Below are positions 40,410 to 51,437 of a DNA stretch of 64,000 nt, one piece after another. The stretch's first letter is position 1. Each line of letters starts with the position of its first letter. Location of the stretch: assembly GCF_026571515.1 (NCBI RefSeq), contig NW_026855417.1, positions 310,001 to 374,000 on the forward strand, read 5' to 3'. The stretch comes from Ruditapes philippinarum. Taxonomy: Eukaryota. Made by a program: the position numbers and the translations under genes. Below the pieces are notes generated by a model. It saw only the letters and a list, made by a program, of their open reading frames with translations, had not been told where the DNA came from and ran no database searches.

Positions 40410-40564
40410 CTTTCCGTCAACATAAACAACATAAGCCACCAGTGGTTGCCCATTCCAGTCATGAAATAAAACAAGCCATACACCATCATAAACACTTGAC
40501 TGTAACGTATCACTTTAAAATACCCAAACCTGCCAACTATACCGGTACCAAATATCACTACCAT
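40410..40564 (-). CDS. MFSD13A: MFSD13A-like copy B, coding exon 2 (155 nt)
   Basis: TTTTAG acceptor, GTTAGT donor. Reads MVVIFGTGIVGRFGYFKVIRY...MLTE. Confidence 0.9.
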
Positions 40565-40766
40565 CTAAAAATAAAACATATAAACATCTTTAATGTTAAT
40601 ACTTAAAAACTTTGTATACTGAAAACTGCTTTATCACCGAGAATAAACTCGACAAAACATTTTTGTAACAAATATGTTGATGTCAGCTAGTGTTCTAGAA
40701 AAACCATGTTGATGCCAGTATTTAGTAAATAAATTTATAATTAATGTAGAATAAAATAAACTTTAC

Positions 40767-41654
40767 CTTTGGAACAGCAGAACTGGCTCCATAAAACAAG
40801 CTCCGTACAACCGATGGAATGGCACCTTTTACTATCAACTGGTCCGCAAATATTGCAAAAAAGTTCGATACGAAAGTCCGATGAAATTCTTGAAAAAAGT
40901 TCGTTATAACAAAAGCAAGAAAGTCCCTGTTAAATAGTATTTGCTTGGTAAGTGTGAAATAGGAGTATTCTTGTGATTTTATAACTTTAGGTTTCCCACA
41001 TTGCACATCTTTCTCTTGTTGAATTTCCCTTTCTGTATGTGCATATTTGCCGCAGTAGATATACAGCGAGCAACTTAAAACAGCTACAGCGACACAACCT
41101 CCTTGAAAAGCTTGGAAATTCTCTAATTGATTTGACATGTATTGCAAAATAAAAATACTTGACGAACCAACCAAAGACCCAATATGATTGTACCTTATCA
41201 TTTTTAGTCTTGCTTCATTATCAGACGCCAGTTCCGTGAATAAACAGCACGCAGCTAATCCAATGTATGTATACATTGTGTCCCAGAAACATAAAGCAGT
41301 TATCAGATGAATTCCAGTAACCCATGGCTGCAGAGTCTCTGGATCTCCCCATGGAAACCATGGCACAAGGAATGAGAGAGCAAATAATGGAGCTGCGTAC
41401 AAAACACTTTCACGTCGAGTTCTTGAGAACCGAAAATTTGTACTGTCTTGACAATATGCAAACAAAGGGTCGTTAATGGCGTTCCAAACCATGAAGAGTG
41501 TCTGTGACAGTTGAAACCAGCTTTCTTCTATATGGTAATGGTTTAAGAACACTTTAACATAATAAAAGGTGAAAGCTGAGTTAACCAGACTTAATCCAAA
41601 AGATGAAGCTGCGAGCGCAACTATTCTCGTATGCAATGATGCTCCTGACGTCAT
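40767..41654 (-). CDS. MFSD13A: MFSD13A/TMEM180-like copy B, coding exon 1 (888 nt); spliced product 467 aa
   Basis: Close paralogue of copy A exon 1. AAG|GTAAAG donor. The four-exon join is 1404 nt and open. Confidence 0.92.
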
Positions 41655-42888
41655 GTTTTATGTATGTACAGTTAAATTTTGTAGTTGAAAATTCCCAAAA
41701 AATTAAAAATCATGTACAAATTGATTTCGGTTATCTCAAAAAGCATCCCGCTATTTGTATCAATATTGAAGTATAATAAAGCTTAGTTTAAAATTTAAAT
41801 AAAATTTAAAACCATTCACGATAAAAATTTTAAAATTTAAAACTTTTATAAAATTAAAATTTTGTATACACGTAAAATTTTCCCCAAATTTAAAAAATGG
41901 GGTATTTTTTATAATTTTTAAGCAAGTGTATGAAACTAACATCAACATACATATAGTCAAACCTGCGAACAAAGGGCCCACCCAAGGCAATGACAAATGA
42001 CCTTTATTTGCAGGGTTATCTTTATTGAGAAGAGGTCTTTAACACAGGCTTGCCTGTATATCATTGTTAATATTGCTCGTAATGCGTTTGTTGTTATTTA
42101 AACTTATTAACAATATAAAATTAAACACAAGGAAAATATGCATTTATTCATAGTTTCCTTGCTATACATTTGTAATACATGTAAACAGCAATTACAAAAT
42201 ATTCTACATTGAAAATTCAAACTATCTAATATTCAGGAGAAATTGCAGTAAAACCTTTTCCTGCTTAATCAGGGGATACAAATCACCAGTATCATGGCGA
42301 GTTTTAATTAATTTAACAACCCAACTATAGATCGTGTATTTAATTATTCTAATGTTAAGGTTTTTTCCTTGTCTATTATTCACTATAGTTTATATTATTA
42401 ACGTGTGTAAAATGCATGACTGCGTATAAAACAGCTTACGGAATGTACAATTTTTAAACTTCCTCAAAGGTTTAATGTAAATAAGGTAAAAAGTACAAGC
42501 CAACATAACATTAAAACTAAAAGTTTACTTTAAACCATATACCTTGTATTCACGCGTGAAATATATTAAAATTAAAACTAATATTATTACCTTTGATATG
42601 GTACAATCCGAGGAACTGTGTAAACTATAATATAAAACTATTTGTCCCCGACTGGAGTTCAATAAAAAGTCTAATGGGCGGTTATTGATTAAGTCTGTGT
42701 GCACATTGTGCATGTAAAGTTTCAGTTTAAGCTTTTTTGTATTTTTGACTAAATAAAGCACGAGTGAAATTCTCTAAACACTTCCATATTGATTTTTCTA
42801 TACATGTACAGTACAATGGCGACGAGGATCAAAATGAAATTGATTGGTTTAGTTTTTGAAATGTTCTACTAGCGAAATAATAAAAATA

Positions 42889-44383
42889 AACAAGAGGGTC
42901 ATGATGGCCCTTAGTCGCTCACCGGAAACAACTGCTTTTCAGAGTTGCAAATTATCCATTGTCAATATTTTCTGATATTTAATATGAGCATAGAATATGT
43001 TTAAACAATAATTTGAAGAAATGCCATGACCTGAGGCATTTAAGCTTTAGCTTAAACAGTGCCAATCAAATTAATATGAGCAACTTGATAAAAGACTACC
43101 TAATAATGCTACAAAGTTTGGTGATCACCTATCAATTATTTCAATAGGAAATGGTCAAAGGTTTTTCTATTTTTAGCCCTAGAGACCCCTAAAAGGGCCT
43201 AATCAAATTAATATGAGCAAACTTGATAAAAGCGTACCTAAGAATGCTACAGACAAAGTTTGGTGATCATCCATCAATTAGTTCTGTAGAAATTGACGTT
43301 AAAAGGTATTTCTATGTTTAGCTTTAGCGGCCCCTAAAAGGGGCCAATCAAATTAATATGATCAAAATTGATAAAAGACTACCCAAGAATGCTACAAAAT
43401 TTGGTGATCATTATAGAAGAAGATGTTTAAAGATTTTTCTATTTTGAGCTCTAGAGACCCCTAAAAGGGGCCAATCAAATTTAAATGATCAATCTTGATA
43501 AAAGACTACCCAAAAATGCTACAGACATCCATCAATTAGTTCTGTAGAAATAGACGTTTAAAGGTATTTCTATTTTTAGCTTTAGCTGCCCCTAAAAGGG
43601 GCCAATCACATTAATATGAGCAAACTTGATAAAAGACTATACAAGAATGCTACAGACCAAGTTTGATGATCATCCATCAATTAGTTCTGTAGAAGAAAAC
43701 ATTAAAAGGTTTTTCTATTTTAAGCCCTGGAGACCCCTAAAAGGGGCCAATCAAATTAATATGAGCAAATTTGATAAAAGACTACCCAAGAGTGCAACAG
43801 ACAAGATTTGGTGATCATCCATCAATTAGTTCTCTAGATATAGATGTTCAAAGGTATTTCTATTTTTAGCTTTAGCGGCCCCTAAAAGGGGTTAATCAAA
43901 TTAATATGAGCAAATTTGATAAAAGACTACCCAAGAATGCTACAGACAAAGTTTGGTGATCATCTATCCATTAGTTCTGTAGAAGAAGATGTCTAAAGGT
44001 TTTTCTATTTTTAGCCCTAGAGACCCCAAAAAGGGGCCAATCAAATTAAAATAAGCAAATTTGATAAAAGACTACCAATTAAAATTAAAGAATGCTACAA
44101 GCAAAGTTTGGTGATTATCCATCAATTAGTTCTGTAGTAGAAGATGTTTAAAGGTTTTTCTATTTTTAGCCCTAGAGACCCCTAAAAGGGGCCAATTGAA
44201 ATGACATGAGCAAATTCAAGTGTGACTGTCACAAGGATGCTACAGACCAAATTTAAAGTAAATCTGCCCAGCGGTTTCAGAGAAGAAGACTATTGTTGAC
44301 GCATGACGACGGACGACGGACGCCGAAGTATCCCCCTTTGATACTAATAGCTCACCCTGAGCCTTCGGCTCTGGTGAGCTAAA
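42889..44383 (+). mobile_element. HINE/pearl-type (Helentron-associated) element with an internal array of about 145-bp units (about 8-9 units)
   Basis: AACAAGAG...GCTCACC left module, repeated CCCTAAAAGGGGCCAATCAAATT units, GACGACGGACG microsatellite, and a terminal hairpin AGCTCACC...GGTGAGCT-AAAAA. Confidence 0.8.
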
Positions 44384-46915
44384 AATAGTAATAGAAAACT
44401 ACTAGTGTACAATACCTGTTTTGGAACTGATGTCCTTTTATCAGAAAACTGATACGGTGTCAAAAATAATACAAACATTACCAGTTGTTTGTGACTGTAT
44501 CATATAGATAAGATGGATCAATATATTTTAACATTTGAATCAACGGGTTTGACATATCTAAGACAAGAAACACCATACCTCTTGTATTTACTATTCGGAG
44601 GGTAAGCAAATTGCATTTTGACACATTAGAAAGCACGGAGAACCGCACAATTACAGTTAACAGAATACTCCGCCCAAGAAAAAAATCAATGAAATATAGC
44701 ACGGTAGGCAAACTAAATAGAAAACTGATAAAAATATAAAGGAGAGATCACGATTAGATAACATACATTGGACAGGCACACACAAGAAGTTGGAACACTG
44801 GAATTATCAGATTTTCAAGCATCTGAAATTGTACGTAAAGCAAAGCATGGTCCTGTTAATGCCATGAAAATACGACGAAGAGAATCAAAAAGTGGTCAAA
44901 TGATCAGTAAGAAAGCGACACGAAGCCATTATTAATTAATGGAATAACCAAGACTTTCGGAGAATTTTATGCTATTAAAGAGCAAATATGAAAGAATCAT
45001 AAATACCGTTGAAAAGTAAAGCCAGGATCATAAATCAGTGTGTTTGATGAAAAAAAAGAACTATATACTGATAAAATAAACGAAGTTTCACGGAAATTCG
45101 GCAGAAAAATATTAAACTGAGTTAAAAAACACATCAGAAAAACCTCTTCGGGTATATTTAAGCATTGGTGGAATGACAGCAGTTCCGAGAAAATTTTTAT
45201 TGAAAATATATAGCACAGCAAAAACTGTGCCAGAGGTGAGAATGGTAAGCTGCTAAGCTATGACAAACAATATATGCGTCACACTTTGAATCAATTCACA
45301 TCAGAGCTAATTCGTCATTTTATTAAGAAAATGCAAAATGGATACGGCAAAATTAACAAGAAGCCTTTCATAAAATCAAATCTACTTTTAGTACTGACAC
45401 TGTTATGGCATACTTTGGCTCTTATAAGGAAATATATATAATCACTGAGGCATCGTTATTGGGTAAGGGAGCTGCTATCTTCCAAAGTATGAAATCTAGT
45501 GTAGATCATGCTTGAAAATTACTTAAAAGGTTGTTTTGAAAATTCCTTGACACCAAGTTCTGCCTTGGAATTTTCTTATAAATTATCAATGGATAGTTTT
45601 CAAAAGTACATGTATATGAATTTAATTCTTTGCATTACAATGGCAAAGAATCATTTGATACTGTTTCTGTTGACAGAAAACAAGAGAAGCGTCAAGTTTG
45701 AATACTAAGGAAGAAACGAGAAACCAAACATTGTGTAAGAGGAAGGATTGAGGAAGCAAATGTTTATATTGTGCCGCTTAGAAAACATGTTATATCATAC
45801 AGAAGAATCAAGATCTCTGTTGTTAAGACTCATTATGCGCACTTTTTACAGCACTTTTTTACATCGTCAGTGCCAGCTTTAAAACTGGTTCTGTAAATTT
45901 CCAGTACTACCAGTACGCATTTGAAGAGAACTATATCAAGGTAGCACAATTCTTTAGGACTGAAATCCCTTAAATGTTTTTTTAAAATAGAAAACTAGTT
46001 TATTTAACCAAGCTACCGTCAAATAATAGATAAAGTATAAATTCTGCTAGTTCTTCTCTTTTATTTTCATAAATGATAATTATTTCATAAACATTTGACT
46101 AGAACCATCAAAATAAAATATATAATTTTTGTACATGGCATGATAATTGATACAACATTTCTAAATATTAACCCGCCATTCCAATAAAGGATAAGTTATA
46201 CAATTTTCTAATGTGGGTTTGTCTGATGCACTGTTTGGTTATCCAATTAATACCGAATTTGGGTCATGATTTATCGACTAAAAATTTCTACATCATTTCA
46301 TTTACATCGTAACGTGATTATCCATCCACACATTCATGAAAAAAAGTACAAAGGTGTTTTTTCACAAGCTTTAAAAAGTTATATACATTGGATAAAGAGG
46401 AGATATCGAAAAGTCAATGATATTTAAAAGCTATGTACCATTCATTTGTTTGTTTGTAATCTATGATACTACTGATTTAGTTTAGTGAAGACCCATAAGC
46501 TCACTTGAAAAATGTCCTTAGTTTTTTCCTATAGTAGGTTCAGTAGTGTGTACTAAAGACTTATCAAATTATGAAATTACTTTGATCAGCGTTAAAAGAA
46601 GACAACCCAAGAATGGCACAGGCAAGATTTAAAGTGAAACAGACCTAATGTATCAGAGAAAGAGGAAATTTAATCACAAATGTAGATTATCTGCCTATCA
46701 TAAATGCTTACCCTGAACCTTTAGTAAGGGTGAGCGAAATATATACATATTGTTTACAAAACAACAACAACAAATACCCGGTACAATCAATATCCAGCAA
46801 TTCAAAACTTAATAAAAGTTCTTCTAAAATTAATTTTTCAAACAAACATAAAATAGGCATCAAAATATAGATACATAAATTAAGAAATGTATAAATAATA
46901 AAACTACTACTCCTG

Positions 46916-47213
46916 TCACACTGTATCGGTCCCTGCACCAACATATACAGTCATGTCAAATGACTGTTTCTCCCTGATTCTATAAAATGACCATGAACAA
47001 AACTGAATACATCCAATAACACATGGATAAAGACATAGCAAGTTAAACATAACACTGCTGAGATCTTGAACCTCTGTGGCATTAAGTGTTCCATCTTTCA
47101 AATGGTCGTATCCATAAACGTTTAAAATCTTAACAACAAACATTGGTGACAATGATTGGGCAGGTTTTACCACCAGGGCGTTCATTCCGTAAACCATCGA
47201 GGTAACTGGATGT
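46916..47213 (-). CDS. MFSD13A: MFSD13A-like copy C, coding exon 4 (last)
   Basis: TTTTCAG acceptor. Reads RHPVTSMVYGMNALVVKPAQSLSP...GTDTV*. Confidence 0.9.
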
Positions 47214-48210
47214 CTGAAAAGATTAACAAATCTCATTGTTGACAACATCAGTATCAAAATTTTATTCTAATTAAAACCTGCACTTTATATATTAGAGACA
47301 TGATAATTTCACGGCTATATGCATTTTGCATGGTGTAATTTAGGAATCCTTATCTGAAACTTGTTGGTTTGAGTCCACTGAAAAGAATATTCTCTTTTGG
47401 ATTCCTTAACCAACAGTTACGTAATTACTGGTTATGACATGTATGAAGCATTTATATTTTATATTTACATCCCCCTAAAAAAGATTTGACATTAACGAGG
47501 AAAAAGCCAACAGGTCGTAGAATGAAGATATAAGGTAAATATTGATGTTAAACCACTGTTTACCGGTACATATCCAATATCTCAAAGTTTAATTCCCCAT
47601 CAACAAAACACAGACAGGCACTCGTACAAAACAAAAAACATTATAACAGCCACAAACTCATAAACTGTCCTTAAAATGCCATGTACTTTAGTCAGCAGGG
47701 AAAAGATTTGGGCACTATCCAAAACCTGATAACTTTTGCAATAAAAGGGCATTAATGTAACAGAATTATACTCCATGTAACAGCATTCAAATCATTTTCA
47801 AAATGATGTATTGTAAATTCACTAAATAGTAAACATTTCTTAAGCAACATTGTAGTTGTCAACTTTTCTTTTTCTTCCTAAGAAAGATGAATCGTCATTA
47901 TCAACCTCCTTCTTTATTTCAGAAGTACAATGCATGTTTTTAACTTTTATTTATTTCCATGACAACCAGGTATGTGTTACAAATACAAAACAGCAAAAGA
48001 AATGAATGATATCAAAGGATGTCACTAAAGAAACATTCCTGTTATTGAAAAGTTTGCATATGCATAAAGAAAAACTTCCTTTATATTGACCACCCTGTTT
48101 TACAGTACAACGAAAAGTATACCCTCTTAGAGTATTTCATACGAGTATAAATATAAATACAAGAAACAAAATTTAATATGTAAAACTCTAAAAATAAAAA
48201 TAGTTTTTAC

Positions 48211-48294
48211 CTTCTATTATATCGTATCACATCATTGTCTGCTACATCTGACAAGGCAAGATTGAACAGTGCACTTATACAATCCACTAAACAA
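48211..48294 (-). CDS. MFSD13A: MFSD13A-like copy C, coding exon 3 (84 nt)
   Basis: TTACAG acceptor, GTAAAA donor. Reads SCLVDCISALFNLALSDVADNDVIRYNR. Confidence 0.88.
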
Positions 48295-48627
48295 CTGTAA
48301 TATCAAACAAACAAGACTTGCTATAACAAATCATACTGTAATTTTCTCATTTCTCAGTGCTTTAAAGTAAAACAGGAGCCAAACAAAATTTCACAGAGAA
48401 GAGTTATCCAGTAAAATTCCGTGCCAAGGTTATGGGTCTTGTCATAGACCTAGATCTATTTCCTTTACCATATGTCTAGGTTTCAAGTGAATGCTTTCAG
48501 TGGTTATGGAGAAAAAGAAACTTAATCCAGGAGAATACTAAGTTCAGAGTAGAAATGATTCGTCAGAAATCTATAAAAAATAGCGGCAAAGGGAGGTACA
48601 TGTAATGTGTGAAATAATATAAACTAA

Positions 48628-49175
48628 TTACTCCATGATCCTACAAAGTTTGTACACCTTATCTCCATAGAAATCAGGTTGGCTAATACTTAGTCGTAAA
48701 AGAGTTTTCAAATTACAATTAAATTTTAAAACTAAATCTGAATTACGATGGTAAAACTTAGAAAAATATTTACGCAATTTATGATAGCGATAACCTTGTT
48801 TAAGAAGTTTGTAAGTAATAAATAAATTGCGTTCATTAAAACCATCAACACGACTGCACGCCCTAGCAAATCTAATTAATTGAGAAATATACACCCCATA
48901 TGATGTAGCATGAGGTACATCTCCATCTAAATGCGGATAGTTAACAATATTAAAATCAAAATCATCTCTTTTATCGTAGATTTTAGTTACTATAGTATTG
49001 TTAATGATAGAAATGTTTAAATATAAAAAAGATGTAATAACGTCTGATGAGTTAGTTTTATTCAATTTAAGTTCACTGGGATATATTTTAGAAACCAATT
49101 GATCAAAATAAGGATTAATCATGTTAAGGATATCATCTAGATAGCAGGAAGTGTAATTAAATGCATGTCAAAGAC
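48628..49175 (-). mobile_element. Penelope-like retroelement RT C-terminal fragment in intron 2 of copy C
   Basis: AFNYTSCYLDDIL immediately upstream of the ORF, then IYPSELKL, KIYDKRDDFDFNIVNYPHL and SYGVYISQLIRFARACS, typical of PLE RT/thumb regions. Confidence 0.8.
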
Positions 49176-49753
49176 ATGTGTGGAGTTTTAAATGAAAACC
49201 ATCAGAGCATGAAAAATCTGAACCAAATATTTGCAGTGAGATAAAAGGAAGTAGTGGTCTAGGGTTAAATTGTCAGTGTTTCTTAATCCAGGGGTCATGA
49301 GTCTGAACTTTGCGGCCTATAATATTGGATGTTACCAATGACTATGTTTCCTAACATGACAGCAGTTCTGGATAAATACAGGAAACATATTTGAGAAAGA
49401 TTCAAATAAGCTGAAAGTTTTCTTCACATTCATGTTTATATAAATGATGTTCAAACTAACACCAGGGTGTTTAAGATAGTACTACTTTTATTCAAATAAG
49501 TGTGCTTAAAAAACTGAAGAAAAATAAAACACCATAATTTTTGCACAAAGATTGGGGTTACATTCATTCATTGAATGCTGCTCTTTCTTGTTAATCTTTG
49601 TACTCAATGATAGCCAGCAATTCTTATTGTAGTTTTGGTTTGCAAGTACCGGGTATTCTGGTGATAATCAGAAAGACTGATAAAGTTATATGACTGGTAA
49701 AGTGGTGATTCTATATTTACAGATGATATATATGTATTATTATTAAATTTTAC

Positions 49754-49908
49754 CTGTCTAATAGCATAAATAACATCAAGCACCACTGGTTGACTGGACC
49801 AATGATATAATAAACTAGCCCAGAGATTACCAAGATGATCTGACCATAACGTAACACCTTGAAATAACCATAGCGACTGACAATACTTGCTCCAAATATC
49901 ACAGTTAA
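49754..49908 (-). CDS. MFSD13A: MFSD13A-like copy C, coding exon 2 (155 nt)
   Basis: TTTTCAG acceptor, GTAAAA donor. Reads LTVIFGASIVSRYGYFKVLRYGQIILVISGLVYYIIGPVNQWCLMLFMLLD, which is not the frame shown in the ORF track. Confidence 0.88.
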
Positions 49909-50195
49909 CTGAAAACAAATGAATTATTGTTAAATGAACTAAAAAAACTTTATATTGCCATGATAAAGTTTTTGAAGTTCATTCAAGACAAATCCCCCTA
50001 TTTGGGAAACTGGGAAATATGGCATGTATGATTCATGCTTTGTCTAATTATAAAAGTATTACTTTAATTATTTACAATTAATTTTCTTTCAAAGAAGTAT
50101 ACTACTAATATCTTTTAACTTAAAACTTTAATTATTAACTAAATACATATTAAATATAATTTTTTATATGTGTCTGTGTGAGGTAATGAACCAAC

Positions 50196-51080
50196 CTTTG
50201 CACCTGTTGTACTAGCCCCATAAAATGTGCTTCTCACAATAGATGGAATGCTCCCTTTTTCAATCAGTTGGTCCCCAAATATTGCGAAAAAGTTTGATAC
50301 AAATGTCCGGTGAAATTCTTGGAAAAAGTTCATTATCACAAATGCAAGGAAATCTCTATTAAACAAAATTTGTTTAGAGAGTGTAAAATAGGAATATTCC
50401 TGGAATTTAACGATTTGAGGTTTGCCAGATTTTGCATCACTTTCTTGCTGAAGTTCTCTCTCTGTGTGAGCATGCTTCCCACAATACATCATAAATAAAC
50501 AGCTGATCACTGCAACTAAAATACATGTCGTTTGAAACATCTGAAAGTTTTCTAACTGATCTGACAAATTCTGTAGAATAAATACACTTGAGGATCCCAA
50601 AAGGCTACCTAACTGAGTATATCTAATCAATTTAAGCCTTTCATTATTGTCTGAGGTCATTTCAGTGAAAAGACAACAATAGCCTAATCCTACATATGTA
50701 AACATAGTGTCCCAGAAGCATAAGGCTGTAATTAGATGAATTCCTGTAACCCATGGCTGCAGCGTCTCTGGATCTCCCCATGGAAACCATGGCACGAGGA
50801 ATGAGAGAGCAAAAAATGGTGCTGCATATAAAACACTTTCACGTCGAGTTCTTGAGCATCTAAAGTTTGTACTGTCTTGACAATATGCAAACAGAGGGTC
50901 GTTAATGGCATTCCAAATCATGAAGAGTGTCTGGGACAGTTGAAACCAGCTTTCTTCTATGTGATAGTGGTTTAGAAATACTTTCACATAATAAAAGCTG
51001 AATGCTGAGCTTATTAGACTAAATCCAACTGATAGAGCAGAGAGTGCCAATATCCTGTTCTGTAGAGATTCCTTTGACAT
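50196..51080 (-). CDS. MFSD13A: MFSD13A/TMEM180-like copy C, coding exon 1 (885 nt); spliced product 473 aa
   Basis: Same family motifs. AAG|GTTGGT donor. The four-exon join is 1422 nt and open. In-frame TAG just upstream of the ATG. Confidence 0.92.
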
Positions 51081-51437
51081 ATTGCTGAACTATTAGGAAT
51101 CCCTTCTAGAATTGCAAGCTCAGCTCATTTGATACTCTTTTCAAGAGGGTGTTTCAACTCTACTTGTGTAGAATAGTTCCTCTGTGTATATGCTTAACAT
51201 CTGTAAATCATTAATGTCAACTTTACCTTTCCTGAAATAAAAAAAGAGATTTATGTAATTTTCTATCAAAATAACATTCCTTTTACTTGATTGTATATAC
51301 CTGGAGGGGTATTCATTTCCATTAATTGAATCTAAAAAAAGAGCTTCCAAACCTTGGGGAGAACTGTCAGGGAAGGAACTGGTAAGGGTCATTCGTTTAT
51401 ATTATATTTCCAGAATAAAAGGATCAAATTTAATATA

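Noticed and set aside
34299-40439. Many short K/F/G/P-rich ORFs
   Set aside because: Their composition follows homopolymer runs in the distorted BEL/Pao region. They are not genes.
14546-41654. Copies A and B as uncollapsed haplotypes
   Set aside because: Many synonymous and amino-acid differences, different C-termini and largely unalignable introns indicate true paralogues.
44690-45420. A-rich, purine-skewed tract resembling a decayed LINE ORF
   Set aside because: No diagnostic motif could be read, so it is too degraded to call.
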